From: an uncultured bacterium
GTDB taxonomy: Bacteria; Chloroflexota; UBA5177; JANWHV01
NCBI GenBank assembly: GCA_963827235.1
Contig: CAWHAE010000012.1
Coordinates: 352,001 to 416,000, forward strand
DNA: 64,000 bases
Direction of reading: 5' to 3'
In this document: piece after piece, positions 39,859-48,649 of the stretch
How the letters are laid out: every line of letters begins with the position of its first letter
Numbering within the stretch: the first letter of the stretch is position 1
Position numbers and translations under genes: made by a program
The notes under the pieces: generated by a model
The model's database searches: none
The model's input: the letters and a program-made list of their open reading frames with translations, nothing else
What the model was told of the DNA's origin: nothing

Positions 39859-41642
39859 TGGATCGCGTATCGGCAAATCCCAGCCGGCCCGAGCGGTACG
39901 GCAGTGTCAGTTACACGACGAGACCGGTGATCCAGGGTCGCCGTGGCGTGGTTGCTTCCGGTCACTACCTGGCGAGCGCGGCTGGTCTTCGCATGTACGC
40001 CCGCGGCGGCAACGCGGTGGACGCGGCCGTGGCAGCCGGGCTCGCCCTGGCGGTAGTGAAGCCGCAGGACAACGGGATCGCGGGTGAAGTGCCCATATTG
40101 ATCTACAGCCCGCGCGCCGGCCGCGTGGTCTCCATCAGCGGCCAGGGTACCGCGCCGGCGCGGGCCTCGATCGCCTGGTTCAGGGAAGCGGGGATCTCGC
40201 TCATCCCGGGTAACGGCATGCTGGCAGCGACCGTGCCGGCCGCTTTCGATGCCTGGCTGGCGGCGCTCGGCCAGTTTGGAACCTTGTCCCTCGGGGCGGT
40301 AATGGAGCCGGCCCTCGAGCTGGCATCCGATGGGTTCGCGGTGGATCCCGCCTTGCGGCGCGCCATAGTCCGCCAACAGTACACCTTCCGGAACGACTGG
40401 CCGACCACCGCTGCCATCTATCTGCCGGGCGGCGCCGTGCCTGACGTGGGCGACCGCTTGCGACAGCCGGACTGGGCCGCCGCCATGAGCAAGACCGTCG
40501 AGGCCGAAGCGCTCGCCGTTCGCGCCGGCGCGGATCGGGTGGCTGCGCTCGAAGCCGCCCGATCGGTGTTCTACCAGGGATCGATCGCGCAGGCTATCGC
40601 CCACTTTGCGGCGAACACGTCCGTGGTCGATCACTCCGGAAAGGCGCATGCCGGATTGCTCTCCTACGAAGACCTCGCTTCCTACCGCGGTCGCATCGAC
40701 GAGCCCGTGCACGCCGACTACCGCGGATACGACGTGTATAAGTGCGGTGCTTGGACGCAGGGCCCGGTGTTCCTCCAACAGCTCCGCCTGCTGGAGGGTT
40801 TTGATCTGCCTGCGCTCGGGCACAATACCCCTGCCTACGTGCATACCGTCGTCGAAGCTGCCAAGCTTGCGTTCGCGGACCGTGACCGCTACTACGCCGA
40901 TCCACTCTTCGTCGAGGTGCCTCTGCAGTGGCTGCTCTCACCTGAGTACGCGCGGCACCGCAGGGCGCTGATCGATCCCGAGCGTGCCTCCTTCGATAGC
41001 CGGTCGGGCGGCTTGGACGCAACCGGCAATCTGCCGCCCGACGCCGTGGTGCACCGCAGCGACACCACGCATGTCGACGCGATCGACGGCGACGGGTTGA
41101 TGATCAGCGCCACGCCGTCGGGAGCTTGGATCTCCAGCTCACCCGTGGTGGAAGGGCTCGGCTTCCCGCTCGGTACCAGGGCCCAGATGTTCTGGCTCGA
41201 CCCCGACCACCCGAACTGTCTCGCGCCGGGCAAGCGCCCCCGCACCACGCTCACCCCGACCCTGGTGATGCGCGACGGCGCGCCACACATGGTATTCGGT
41301 ACACCTGGCGGCGACCAGCAAGACCAGTGGACGCTGCAGTTCTTCCTCAACGTGGTCGAGTTCGGCATGGACCTGCAGGAGGCCGTCGATGCGGCCACAT
41401 TCCACACGGACCATCTTGCGTCGTCGTTCTACCCGCGCGAGACCGTGCCTGGCAGTCTTTCCCTGGAGGGCCGCATCCCGCAGGCCGCTCGTTCCGCTCT
41501 CCAGGCTCTTGGCCACGACGTCCAGATCGTGGACGACTGGGCGAACGGGCAGGTGTGCGGCGCGCGCATCGATCCGGGCAGCGGTCGCCTCGAGGCATGC
41601 GCGTCGCCGCGTGGCCAGGCGGCCTATGCGATGGGTTACTAG
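39855..41642 (+). CDS. Gamma-glutamyltransferase-family Ntn amidohydrolase
   Basis: GGNAVDAAVA, AFADRD, DTTH (Thr nucleophile), PGKRPRTTLTP and GTPGGDQQ. ATGA overlap with the leuD-like gene. Confidence 0.9.
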   Translation: MMDRVSANPSRPERYGSVSYTTRPVIQGRRGVVASGHYLASAAGLRMYARGGNAVDAAVAAGLALAVVKPQDNGIAGEVPILIYSPRAGRVVSISGQGTAPARASIAWFREAGISLIPGNGMLAATVPAAFDAWLAALGQFGTLSLGAVMEPALELASDGFAVDPALRRAIVRQQYTFRNDWPTTAAIYLPGGAVPDVGDRLRQPDWAAAMSKTVEAEALAVRAGADRVAALEAARSVFYQGSIAQAIAHFAANTSVVDHSGKAHAGLLSYEDLASYRGRIDEPVHADYRGYDVYKCGAWTQGPVFLQQLRLLEGFDLPALGHNTPAYVHTVVEAAKLAFADRDRYYADPLFVEVPLQWLLSPEYARHRRALIDPERASFDSRSGGLDATGNLPPDAVVHRSDTTHVDAIDGDGLMISATPSGAWISSSPVVEGLGFPLGTRAQMFWLDPDHPNCLAPGKRPRTTLTPTLVMRDGAPHMVFGTPGGDQQDQWTLQFFLNVVEFGMDLQEAVDAATFHTDHLASSFYPRETVPGSLSLEGRIPQAARSALQALGHDVQIVDDWANGQVCGARIDPGSGRLEACASPRGQAAYAMGY

Positions 41643-41666
41643 CAGGTCACTTGTCGGCGGCACGCC

Positions 41667-41695
41667 TTGCTCGACCTGGAATGGTATGTTACCAT
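41667..41695 (+). promoter_or_regulatory. Sigma70-type promoter for rplS
   Basis: TTGCTC-N17-TACCAT with an extended TGn. Confidence 0.55.
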
Positions 41696-41814
41696 CTGCT
41701 CTTGGCTAGCGAAGAAACTCAATGCAGCGGGCGGTTGTGTCGGACGGTCGGGGTTATCCCGCCACCGCAGCCCGCGCGGAAACACTCCTCATGGAGTTGG
41801 CGGGAGAGAAGACG

Positions 41815-42186
41815 ATGGGAAATATCCTCGATTTGGTCCGGACCAGCCAGCTGAAATCGGATCTTCCTGAGATCAGCGTCGGAGATACCGTTCGCGTGCA
41901 CGCGCGCATCGTCGAGGGCAACAAGGAACGGATCCAGGTGTTCGAAGGCACCGTGATCCGCCGCCGGAAAGCGGCCGTCGATGCCAGCATCACTGTCCGC
42001 CGCCTGAGCGGTCAGATCGGCGTCGAGCGCACGTTCCTCGTGCATTCGCCGCGTATCGACAAGTTCGAGGTGGTGCGACACGGCGCTGTGCGCAGAGCGG
42101 CCCTGTATTACCTCCGCAAGCGCACCGGAAAGTCCGCCCGTATCCGCGAGAAGCGGTACGTGCAGCAGGCGGCCACAAAGGCCTGA
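41815..42186 (+). CDS. rplS: 50S ribosomal protein L19
   Basis: GDTVRV..I.EGNKERIQVFEG, GVERTF..HSP and G.VRRA.LYYLR. Confidence 0.97.
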   Translation: MGNILDLVRTSQLKSDLPEISVGDTVRVHARIVEGNKERIQVFEGTVIRRRKAAVDASITVRRLSGQIGVERTFLVHSPRIDKFEVVRHGAVRRAALYYLRKRTGKSARIREKRYVQQAATKA

Positions 42187-42187
42187 C

Positions 42188-42556
42188 ATGCCGCATGCTC
42201 GCCGCCGTTTGGGTAACCGCGGCGAGAGCCTGGCGCTCCGGTTTCTGGTAGAGCACGGCTATGTCGTGCTGGCTACCAACTACGCCTGCAGTGCCGGCGA
42301 AGTCGATCTGGTGTGCCGCGATGGGGACACCTTGGCCTTCGTGGAAGTAAAGACCCGCCGGGGCGATCTGTTTGGCGCACCGGAAGAGGCCGTCACCGCC
42401 GCGAAGATCGCGCATCTGGCCTCCACCGCTGCGGACTATATGGCCAAGCATGGGGAGGAAGGCAGCCCCTGGCGAATCGACGTGGTGGCGATTGCCCTGG
42501 GATCGGCGGGTGCAGTCGACGAGATCAGGCTGATTCGGGGCGCCGGCGAGTGGTAG
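42188..42556 (+). CDS. yraN: YraN (UPF0102) PD-(D/E)XK-like protein
   Basis: LG..GE, GEVDLV, FVEVKTR and WRIDVVAI. Typical position after rplS. Confidence 0.93.
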   Translation: MPHARRRLGNRGESLALRFLVEHGYVVLATNYACSAGEVDLVCRDGDTLAFVEVKTRRGDLFGAPEEAVTAAKIAHLASTAADYMAKHGEEGSPWRIDVVAIALGSAGAVDEIRLIRGAGEW

Positions 42557-42650
42557 CTGGTCGCCCGGCCCGGTGGCGACCCCGGTCCAGGGGCGGAGCC
42601 GGCACGTTCGCGCCCTGGCGTGCAAACCGCGTACTGCGGACAATACGCAT

Positions 42651-43859
42651 ATGGATACGGCCGAGAAGCTGGCGTTGCTCGGCAGCGCGGCGCGCTACGA
42701 GATAGCCGGCGAGCGACAGCAGACTCGTGTGGCCCAGGGAGCACGCGCCGCGCTCTGTCTCGGCGATGCGGCGCATGACACGCAGGGCACGCTGCTTCGA
42801 GTGTTGCAGAGCAGCTACTGCGAGCACGATTGTGCCTACTGTCCGCTGCGGCGCAGCAACGATCCCAGGCGCGCGTCCTTCGCAGCGGAGGAGCTTGCCG
42901 GTGTCTTTGCCGATCACTGGCTGCGCCGCCGCGCGGATGGACTAATGCTCAGCTCTGCCACGGACGATGACCCGGATGCTGCGATGCAGACCATGATCGA
43001 TACCGTGCGTATCCTGCGCGTCCGGCACCAGTTCGACGGCTACGTGCACCTGAAGATCTTGCCCGGCTGCTCGGACCCGTCGATCGAGGAAGCTGCCTCG
43101 GTGGCGGATCGCCTCTCGCTGAACGTGGAAGTGCCGGCTCCGGAATATCTTGATGGCCTGGAAACGGGCAAGCGCTGGCAGCAGGACATCCTGCGCCCGC
43201 TGCACACCCTGCGACGCTTGAGCCTGGCCGGAAGCATTCGAACCGGTGCTACCGGCCAGCTGCTAGTCGGCGTGGCGGCAAGCGGACGCTTGGCCGCCGC
43301 GGATCGGGCGCTGGCAGACGCTGCGCGCCGTCTACGCCGGGAATTCGACCTGCGTCGCGTTCACTACGGCTCGTTCCAGCCCGTGCCGGGCACGCCTCTG
43401 GCGGAAGCGATGCCGCCCGACCCTCGCCGTCGGGCCAGGCTCTACCAGTGGGACTGGCTGGCCACGCACTACCAGTTTGCCAATCAGGAGCTCGACGCCG
43501 CGTTCGACGCAGGCGGCAACCTGCCGCTGGCTCTCGATCCCAAGCTGGCCGTCAGCCTGGCCGTACCCGGCCGCGACTTGGTCGAAGTGAACACGGCAGA
43601 GTACGACGAGCTGTTGCGAGTGCCGGGCATAGGGCCCGTGAGCGCACGGCGCATTGTCGATCTGCGATACCTCGGCACCCTGGCCGATCTGCGCGACCTG
43701 AAGGTGCTGGGCGTCGTCACCTGGCGTGCGGCACCGTTCGTGCTGCTGAACGGCAGGAAGCCGCCCGAGGCCACGATGGCTCTGCATCGGATCAGGCGCG
43801 CTCTGCGCAACGTCGGTCCGCGGCCCGTCCAGCTTCCACTCTTTCCCGAGCTTGTCTAG
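42651..43859 (+). CDS. Putative DNA modification/repair radical SAM protein with helix-hairpin-helix
   Basis: CEHDCAYC (CxxxCxxC), [31 protein letters not shown] and [13 protein letters not shown]-terminal QLPLF. Confidence 0.88.
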   Translation: MDTAEKLALLGSAARYEIAGERQQTRVAQGARAALCLGDAAHDTQGTLLRVLQSSYCEHDCAYCPLRRSNDPRRASFAAEELAGVFADHWLRRRADGLMLSSATDDDPDAAMQTMIDTVRILRVRHQFDGYVHLKILPGCSDPSIEEAASVADRLSLNVEVPAPEYLDGLETGKRWQQDILRPLHTLRRLSLAGSIRTGATGQLLVGVAASGRLAAADRALADAARRLRREFDLRRVHYGSFQPVPGTPLAEAMPPDPRRRARLYQWDWLATHYQFANQELDAAFDAGGNLPLALDPKLAVSLAVPGRDLVEVNTAEYDELLRVPGIGPVSARRIVDLRYLGTLADLRDLKVLGVVTWRAAPFVLLNGRKPPEATMALHRIRRALRNVGPRPVQLPLFPELV

Positions 43860-44902
43860 AGCTCGCGCATGACCGATGCCGTTCGGGCCAGCGCCCGGTC
43901 GATTTCGCCCTGGACGATGCCGTAGTGCGTGACGAACCGTAGCGTCGAAGTGCTCAAAGTGCCGCAGAGCACGCCCTGGCCTCGCAGCCGCTCGACGATG
44001 TCGTCGGCACTGCGACCCGTCGCAGCCACGTCGGCAACCACGATGTTGGTCTGTACGCTCTCCAGATTGACCGAGATCTTTGGCACCCCGGCTAGGCCGT
44101 TTGCCAGCATTCGCGCCAGGCGGTGGTCCTCTGCCAGGCGGTCCACCATGTTGTTGAACGCGTACAGGGCGCCGGCCGCGATCACGCCGGCCTGTCGCAT
44201 ACCTCCGCCGACCATCTTGCGCCAGCGAAGGGCGCGATCGATCAACTCACGGCTGCCGCAGACGACGGAGCCGACCGGTGCCGCCAGACCCTTGGAGGCG
44301 CAGGACATCACGGAGTCCGCTCCGGCGGCCACTTCTGCCGCCGGGACGCCGAGAGCGACCGCGGCATTGAAGATGCGCGCCCCATCGAGGTGCAGCGAGG
44401 CGCCGCGGGCGTGGGCCAGGTCGGCTATTTCCTGCATGTACGCGGGCGACAACACCACTCCGCCGCACAGGTTCTGCGTGTTCTCCAGGCAGATGAGCCG
44501 CGTGTAGGGATTGTGCACGTCACTCGGGTCGCGCATCACCGAGCGCACCGCCTCGGGATCCAGCGTTCCATCGGCGCGATTGGGAACCGTGCGCACCTGC
44601 GCTCCGGCCAGCGCCGATGCTCCGCCGACCTCGTAGTGGAGAATGTGCGCCTTGTCCCCCATCACGATCTCATCGCCGCGTGTGCACTGAGTAAGGATTG
44701 AGATCAGGTTGCCCTGCGTGCCGCTGGTTACGAAGAGCGCAGCTTCCTTGCCCAGAAGCGTGGCCGCGCGCTCTTGCAGGGCATTGACGGTTGGGTCCTC
44801 CCCATAGACGTCGTCTCCCAGCTCGGCTTCGTACATAGCGCGGCGCATCTCCGGCGGGGGTAGGGTCACCGTGTCGCTGCGAAGATCGATAGACTCACTC
44901 AC
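43856..44902 (-). CDS. ltaE: Low-specificity L-threonine aldolase
   Basis: [46 protein letters not shown] and GGGMRQAG. Confidence 0.94.
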   Translation of the reverse strand: MSESIDLRSDTVTLPPPEMRRAMYEAELGDDVYGEDPTVNALQERAATLLGKEAALFVTSGTQGNLISILTQCTRGDEIVMGDKAHILHYEVGGASALAGAQVRTVPNRADGTLDPEAVRSVMRDPSDVHNPYTRLICLENTQNLCGGVVLSPAYMQEIADLAHARGASLHLDGARIFNAAVALGVPAAEVAAGADSVMSCASKGLAAPVGSVVCGSRELIDRALRWRKMVGGGMRQAGVIAAGALYAFNNMVDRLAEDHRLARMLANGLAGVPKISVNLESVQTNIVVADVAATGRSADDIVERLRGQGVLCGTLSTSTLRFVTHYGIVQGEIDRALARTASVMREL

Positions 44903-45130
44903 TATTCATGCCTTTCTGACGCTCTCCATTGATAGTATCCGGAGAAGGGGCGCCTCCGGCTCGGGCAAGCAGACTGTGCATGGCGCGCGGCCGCTGGGTG
45001 GCTGCCGCCCACGCTCAAGAGCCCTGCTCGCGGGCACCCTCATTCCCGAAGACGTGCCACGCAATTGCCGCGAGTCCCTGGTCCTGTGGTCGGCGTCGCG
45101 GTGCACGGGTCAGCCGGACAGCTTCTTCCG

Positions 45131-46604
45131 CTATCGTCCGGCTGCAGGCAGGTTGCGGACGACCTGCCTGCGCGGGCTGCCCGGTAGGTCGATATGCCCT
45201 GCGAATCGATAGACCGGCTGCCAGGTCAGCGTCTTGCCCCGGCCCGATTGCTCGTAGGCCACGCTCACGCTATCTATCACCACCGTCGACCCGGTAGGGG
45301 CAGAGAACGCGGCCGCACCGCCCGCGCTCGCCAGCGCTTGCGCGGGTCCGACCAGCGTCGTGGAGCGGCCCGGGCCCAGCGACGGCCAGGAGACGCTGGC
45401 GGCGGTCACCTCACGGGCGGCGTCGAGCACGACGGAGATCCCGGCAGGCATGTGGATGCCGGACAGACCGCGCGGGGCTCGCGGCCTGAACTCGACCGTG
45501 TGCGAGGACGAGGAGTACGTCGTGGAGGCTTGCGCCAGGTTGACCCCGGCGGGGATCAGACGATGCTCGGCTAGCCAGTCGCGGGCCGTCCGCGCGGCCA
45601 CCAGAGCGGTCACAGGAGCCACCGAGGTCGCGGCGCTCCCGGCATGGGTATATGTGATACGGCTCGGCGAGCTTCCGTCGAGCGTGAGAAGGTCGCTGCC
45701 GGCCGACGACCGGTACGTGTCCGGGCTCGTCCTGAGAAGCCCAGGGAACGTCGCCACGATCTTCGCCACGCCGGCCGCCGGGAATCGCGCGTACTGCAGG
45801 CTGTACACGTCGGCTCGCGTGGGAAGGGACGTGAGCCCGGACGGCAGGCGGATCCTCGAGGCAGGCGGACCGGCCGCGGCGAATGCCCGCGACGGGCGGC
45901 CGGGAACGGCCGTCTCCGGGCTTCCAACCGCGCGCGGCGCGGGTGCCTGCACAGCCGCGGGCACGTGGGTGGCGGCGGTCGCGCGAATGGCGGCAGCCGG
46001 CACGTGAGCTGGGCTGCCCGATGCACGAGTGGCGGCAACCGGCACGTGGGTGCCGGCAGTAACGGAGGGTTCAGCGCCGAGCGCGGCGAGCACGTGATCG
46101 GTCGGTGCCGGTGTCCCGCCTTCCGCAGAACCCGACTTTGCCTGCGTGGTGTGAGCGGCGGCTGCCGCGGCCGCAGGCGTCTTCGTTGCCGCGCTGTTGC
46201 TTGCCAGGCGTGGAGACGCCGTTGGATGCAGGAGCGCGTTCACGGTGGTAATGATCAGAGCCGCGGCGACAAACGGCAGCAGGATGGCCCTGTACATGCG
46301 CGTGCGCGAGGTAAAGAATCGCGGGCCGGGCCCTACGTGCCTCGTCGGCGGATGGCGTCGGCACGGACTTCTGCTCACCACCCGAGCCCGCGTGCTCGGC
46401 CAGCAGAGTCTCCCGAAGGTGCCGGGAAAAGGCCGGCTGCAGCTCGGATTCGGCCTGTCGAATGAACGCAAGGTTCGGCCTCAGGCGCTCGAGGTCCGAT
46501 CCCAGCCCGGCAAGCGCGTCGAGCTCGGGATCGGGAGAATCGTCGGGTGCTCGCCCGCCGTCCAGCATCCGCCAGAGAGCCTCGGCGCGACGGTCATCCT
46601 GCAT
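45131..46604 (-). pseudogene. Probable single-pass anti-sigma factor with extracytoplasmic domain, split by an apparent +1 frameshift near 46325
   Basis: ORF 46071-46604 overlaps the sigma stop and carries PAFSRHLRETLL. ORF 45131-46471 carries the TM (ILLPFVAAALII), an Ala/Pro linker and a C-terminal PVYRF domain. Deleting one base in a 3-base run joins ARRARP|RFFTSR. Confidence 0.6.
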
Positions 46605-47307
46605 CGGTGGCCTCCAGGGCAGAGTTTCGACGCAGGTTCTGCAGCGCGCGCATCAGCAACATCTTCACCGATCCCTCCGATCGAGACATCTGGGCTGCGA
46701 TGCCGGCGATCTGCAGACCGTCTACGAAGCGGAGCTGAACCACTGCGCGCTGCTCAGCGGTCAGGTCTGCGATCAATCTGCTGAACGCTTCTGCCTGCTC
46801 CCAGGCGGCTATGTCCTGCTCGGCTCGTTCGTCGGCTATCTGGATCTCCTCATCCTGTTCGCTGCCTTCCGGCTTCCGCTGCAGCGGCACGTCGGCATGC
46901 GCTACACGGCCCATGTCGACGACGACGTTTGCCGCGATTCGCAACAGCCAGCTTCGAAAAGGCACGCCGCGGTGCTCGTAGCGAGGAAGGCCGCGCAAGG
47001 CCTTGAGAAACGTCTGCGAGGTGACGTCCTCGGCATTGCTCACGTCGCGCACCTTGCTGAGCGCGAACGCGAAAACAGAGCGCATGTGCCGTTCATAGAG
47101 GAGAGCAAAGGCATCGGAGTCGGTCTTGGCACGCTCCACCAGCGCAGGCTCATCGAGAATGAGAAGCGACGGCTGCGGCTCAGGTTGGGTGCGGACGCCG
47201 TCCGCGCGCCTATCCGGCGTGGCGAGGCGCGTCGCTGCATCGTCACCGCGGCCGGGCACGATACGTCCCAGCTTCCCGATGGCCGGTGTTGCGGAGGCAA
47301 CCGGCAT
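46594..47307 (-). CDS. ECF sigma factor (sigma-70 group 4)
   Basis: AFALLYERH, AEDVTSQTFLKA, FRSWLLRIAAN, QRAVVQLRF and SEGSVK..RAL. Start uncertain. Confidence 0.9.
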   Translation of the reverse strand: MPVASATPAIGKLGRIVPGRGDDAATRLATPDRRADGVRTQPEPQPSLLILDEPALVERAKTDSDAFALLYERHMRSVFAFALSKVRDVSNAEDVTSQTFLKALRGLPRYEHRGVPFRSWLLRIAANVVVDMGRVAHADVPLQRKPEGSEQDEEIQIADERAEQDIAAWEQAEAFSRLIADLTAEQRAVVQLRFVDGLQIAGIAAQMSRSEGSVKMLLMRALQNLRRNSALEATDAG

Positions 47308-47656
47308 AGCGGTCAGTCGCCTTGCTGCGACTCGTGGCCAGGGCGTCGGCCAGCCTACGCCGCGGGCAGCTGCGCGAAACGAGTATCCTGGTGATTCTTG
47401 CATGGCTTTGCGCACACCATACGCCGGCGTGGTGTCGCCGGTCGACCACCCGCAAACCGATCATCGGCTCTCTCATACATACAACGCTGCCGCCGGGCGC
47501 AAACGTAACGTGCGATCCCTCGCTCCGGCGGAGTCGCCGAGGGCTGCCAACTCGGACATATCCAGCAGGGGCGGCGCAAACAATGTGCAACACGCCCGCG
47601 GGCATGTTGCCCCCGGCGTTGCTCTTCCCGGCCGAGCGCTCTTCTGGCAGTCTCGA

Positions 47657-47980
47657 CTACGCCTCGGGCTCGACCACGACTGCGGTTCCGTAGGCGACGA
47701 TCTCTGACATGTTGGTTCCTATCTCAGAGGAATCAAAACGCATCATGACCACGCCGTTGGCTCCCATCGCCTGCGCGTTCTGCACCATGCGATCGATAGC
47801 GTCGTTTCGCGAGGTCTCGAGTAGCTGGGTGTACTCCTTGATCTCGCCGCCCTTGATGGTTCGCAGCGATGCCATGATATTGCCGCCGATCCCCCGGCTC
47901 CTGACGACAACGCCGAAGACCTGACCCTTAACCTCGCGGACCTTGTAGCCGTGCACGTTCTCAGTGGTGGTGATAATCAA
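47657..47980 (-). CDS. YbjQ-family (UPF0145) protein
   Basis: IITTTENV.G, GGEIKEYT.LL..SR, MGANGVV.MRFD and AYGTAV. TTG start after GGAGGA. Confidence 0.92.
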   Translation of the reverse strand: MIITTTENVHGYKVREVKGQVFGVVVRSRGIGGNIMASLRTIKGGEIKEYTQLLETSRNDAIDRMVQNAQAMGANGVVMMRFDSSEIGTNMSEIVAYGTAVVVEPEA

Positions 47981-48228
47981 TGTCGTCCTCCGTCCCTTAC
48001 TTTCGGGTATTATAAGCATTCTGCTCGATGAGCAATATCCTTGTAAGCGAACAGACGCATGCTGCTCGCATTGCCAACCGGACACAAGACCTGTGCGTCC
48101 GAAGCAGGGTCGCTCCCGCCGGAAGAGCGCGGTCAAGCTCCATGGTAGCGGCTGGGTGCCGGCTGTCAATCTGTGGGCCGGCGGCGCTCGATCCAAGCCC
48201 GCCGTTGCCGCACCGGCAGGTCGGCGAT

Positions 48229-48613
48229 ATGGGGGAGGACGACTGGCCGGCTTGCGTGGCTTCGCTTCGGGCAGTAAAGGTGGGCGCCCACTGGTCAGCG
48301 ACCACGACGCTCGGTATGGGAGGCTTGCTGTCGGGGACCGCCAAGGGCGACGAGACGCTGACGGCCTTGACCACGAGCGGAGGCCGGCAAGTGGCGACCA
48401 TGGTGGGCACGACCTCCGGAAAAGCATCAATGACTATTAGTGGCGGCACGTTTAACGGCAGCGTGTCCGGTACCGGCACCACGAGAGTATTCGGCGATAC
48501 GGGAGAGTTGATTGGTCTTGACGCCTCGATGGACGTCGCCGGATTCGATCAAGACGTCGCAGGGCGACGGCAAGATGTCCCTTGAGGAGACGGTCTCGAT
48601 CAGGGAGAACTGA
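48229..48613 (+). pseudogene. Fragment of a beta-strand-rich hypothetical protein with an apparent +1 frameshift at about 48544
   Basis: VKVGAHWS...GSVSGTGTTRVFGDTGELIG..MDVAG continues as SIKTSQGDGKMSLEETVSIREN* if one T is removed. No convincing N-terminus. Confidence 0.35.
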
Positions 48614-48649
48614 CGCCATCGCCCACAGGGAGTGACGGCTCAGTGAGGG

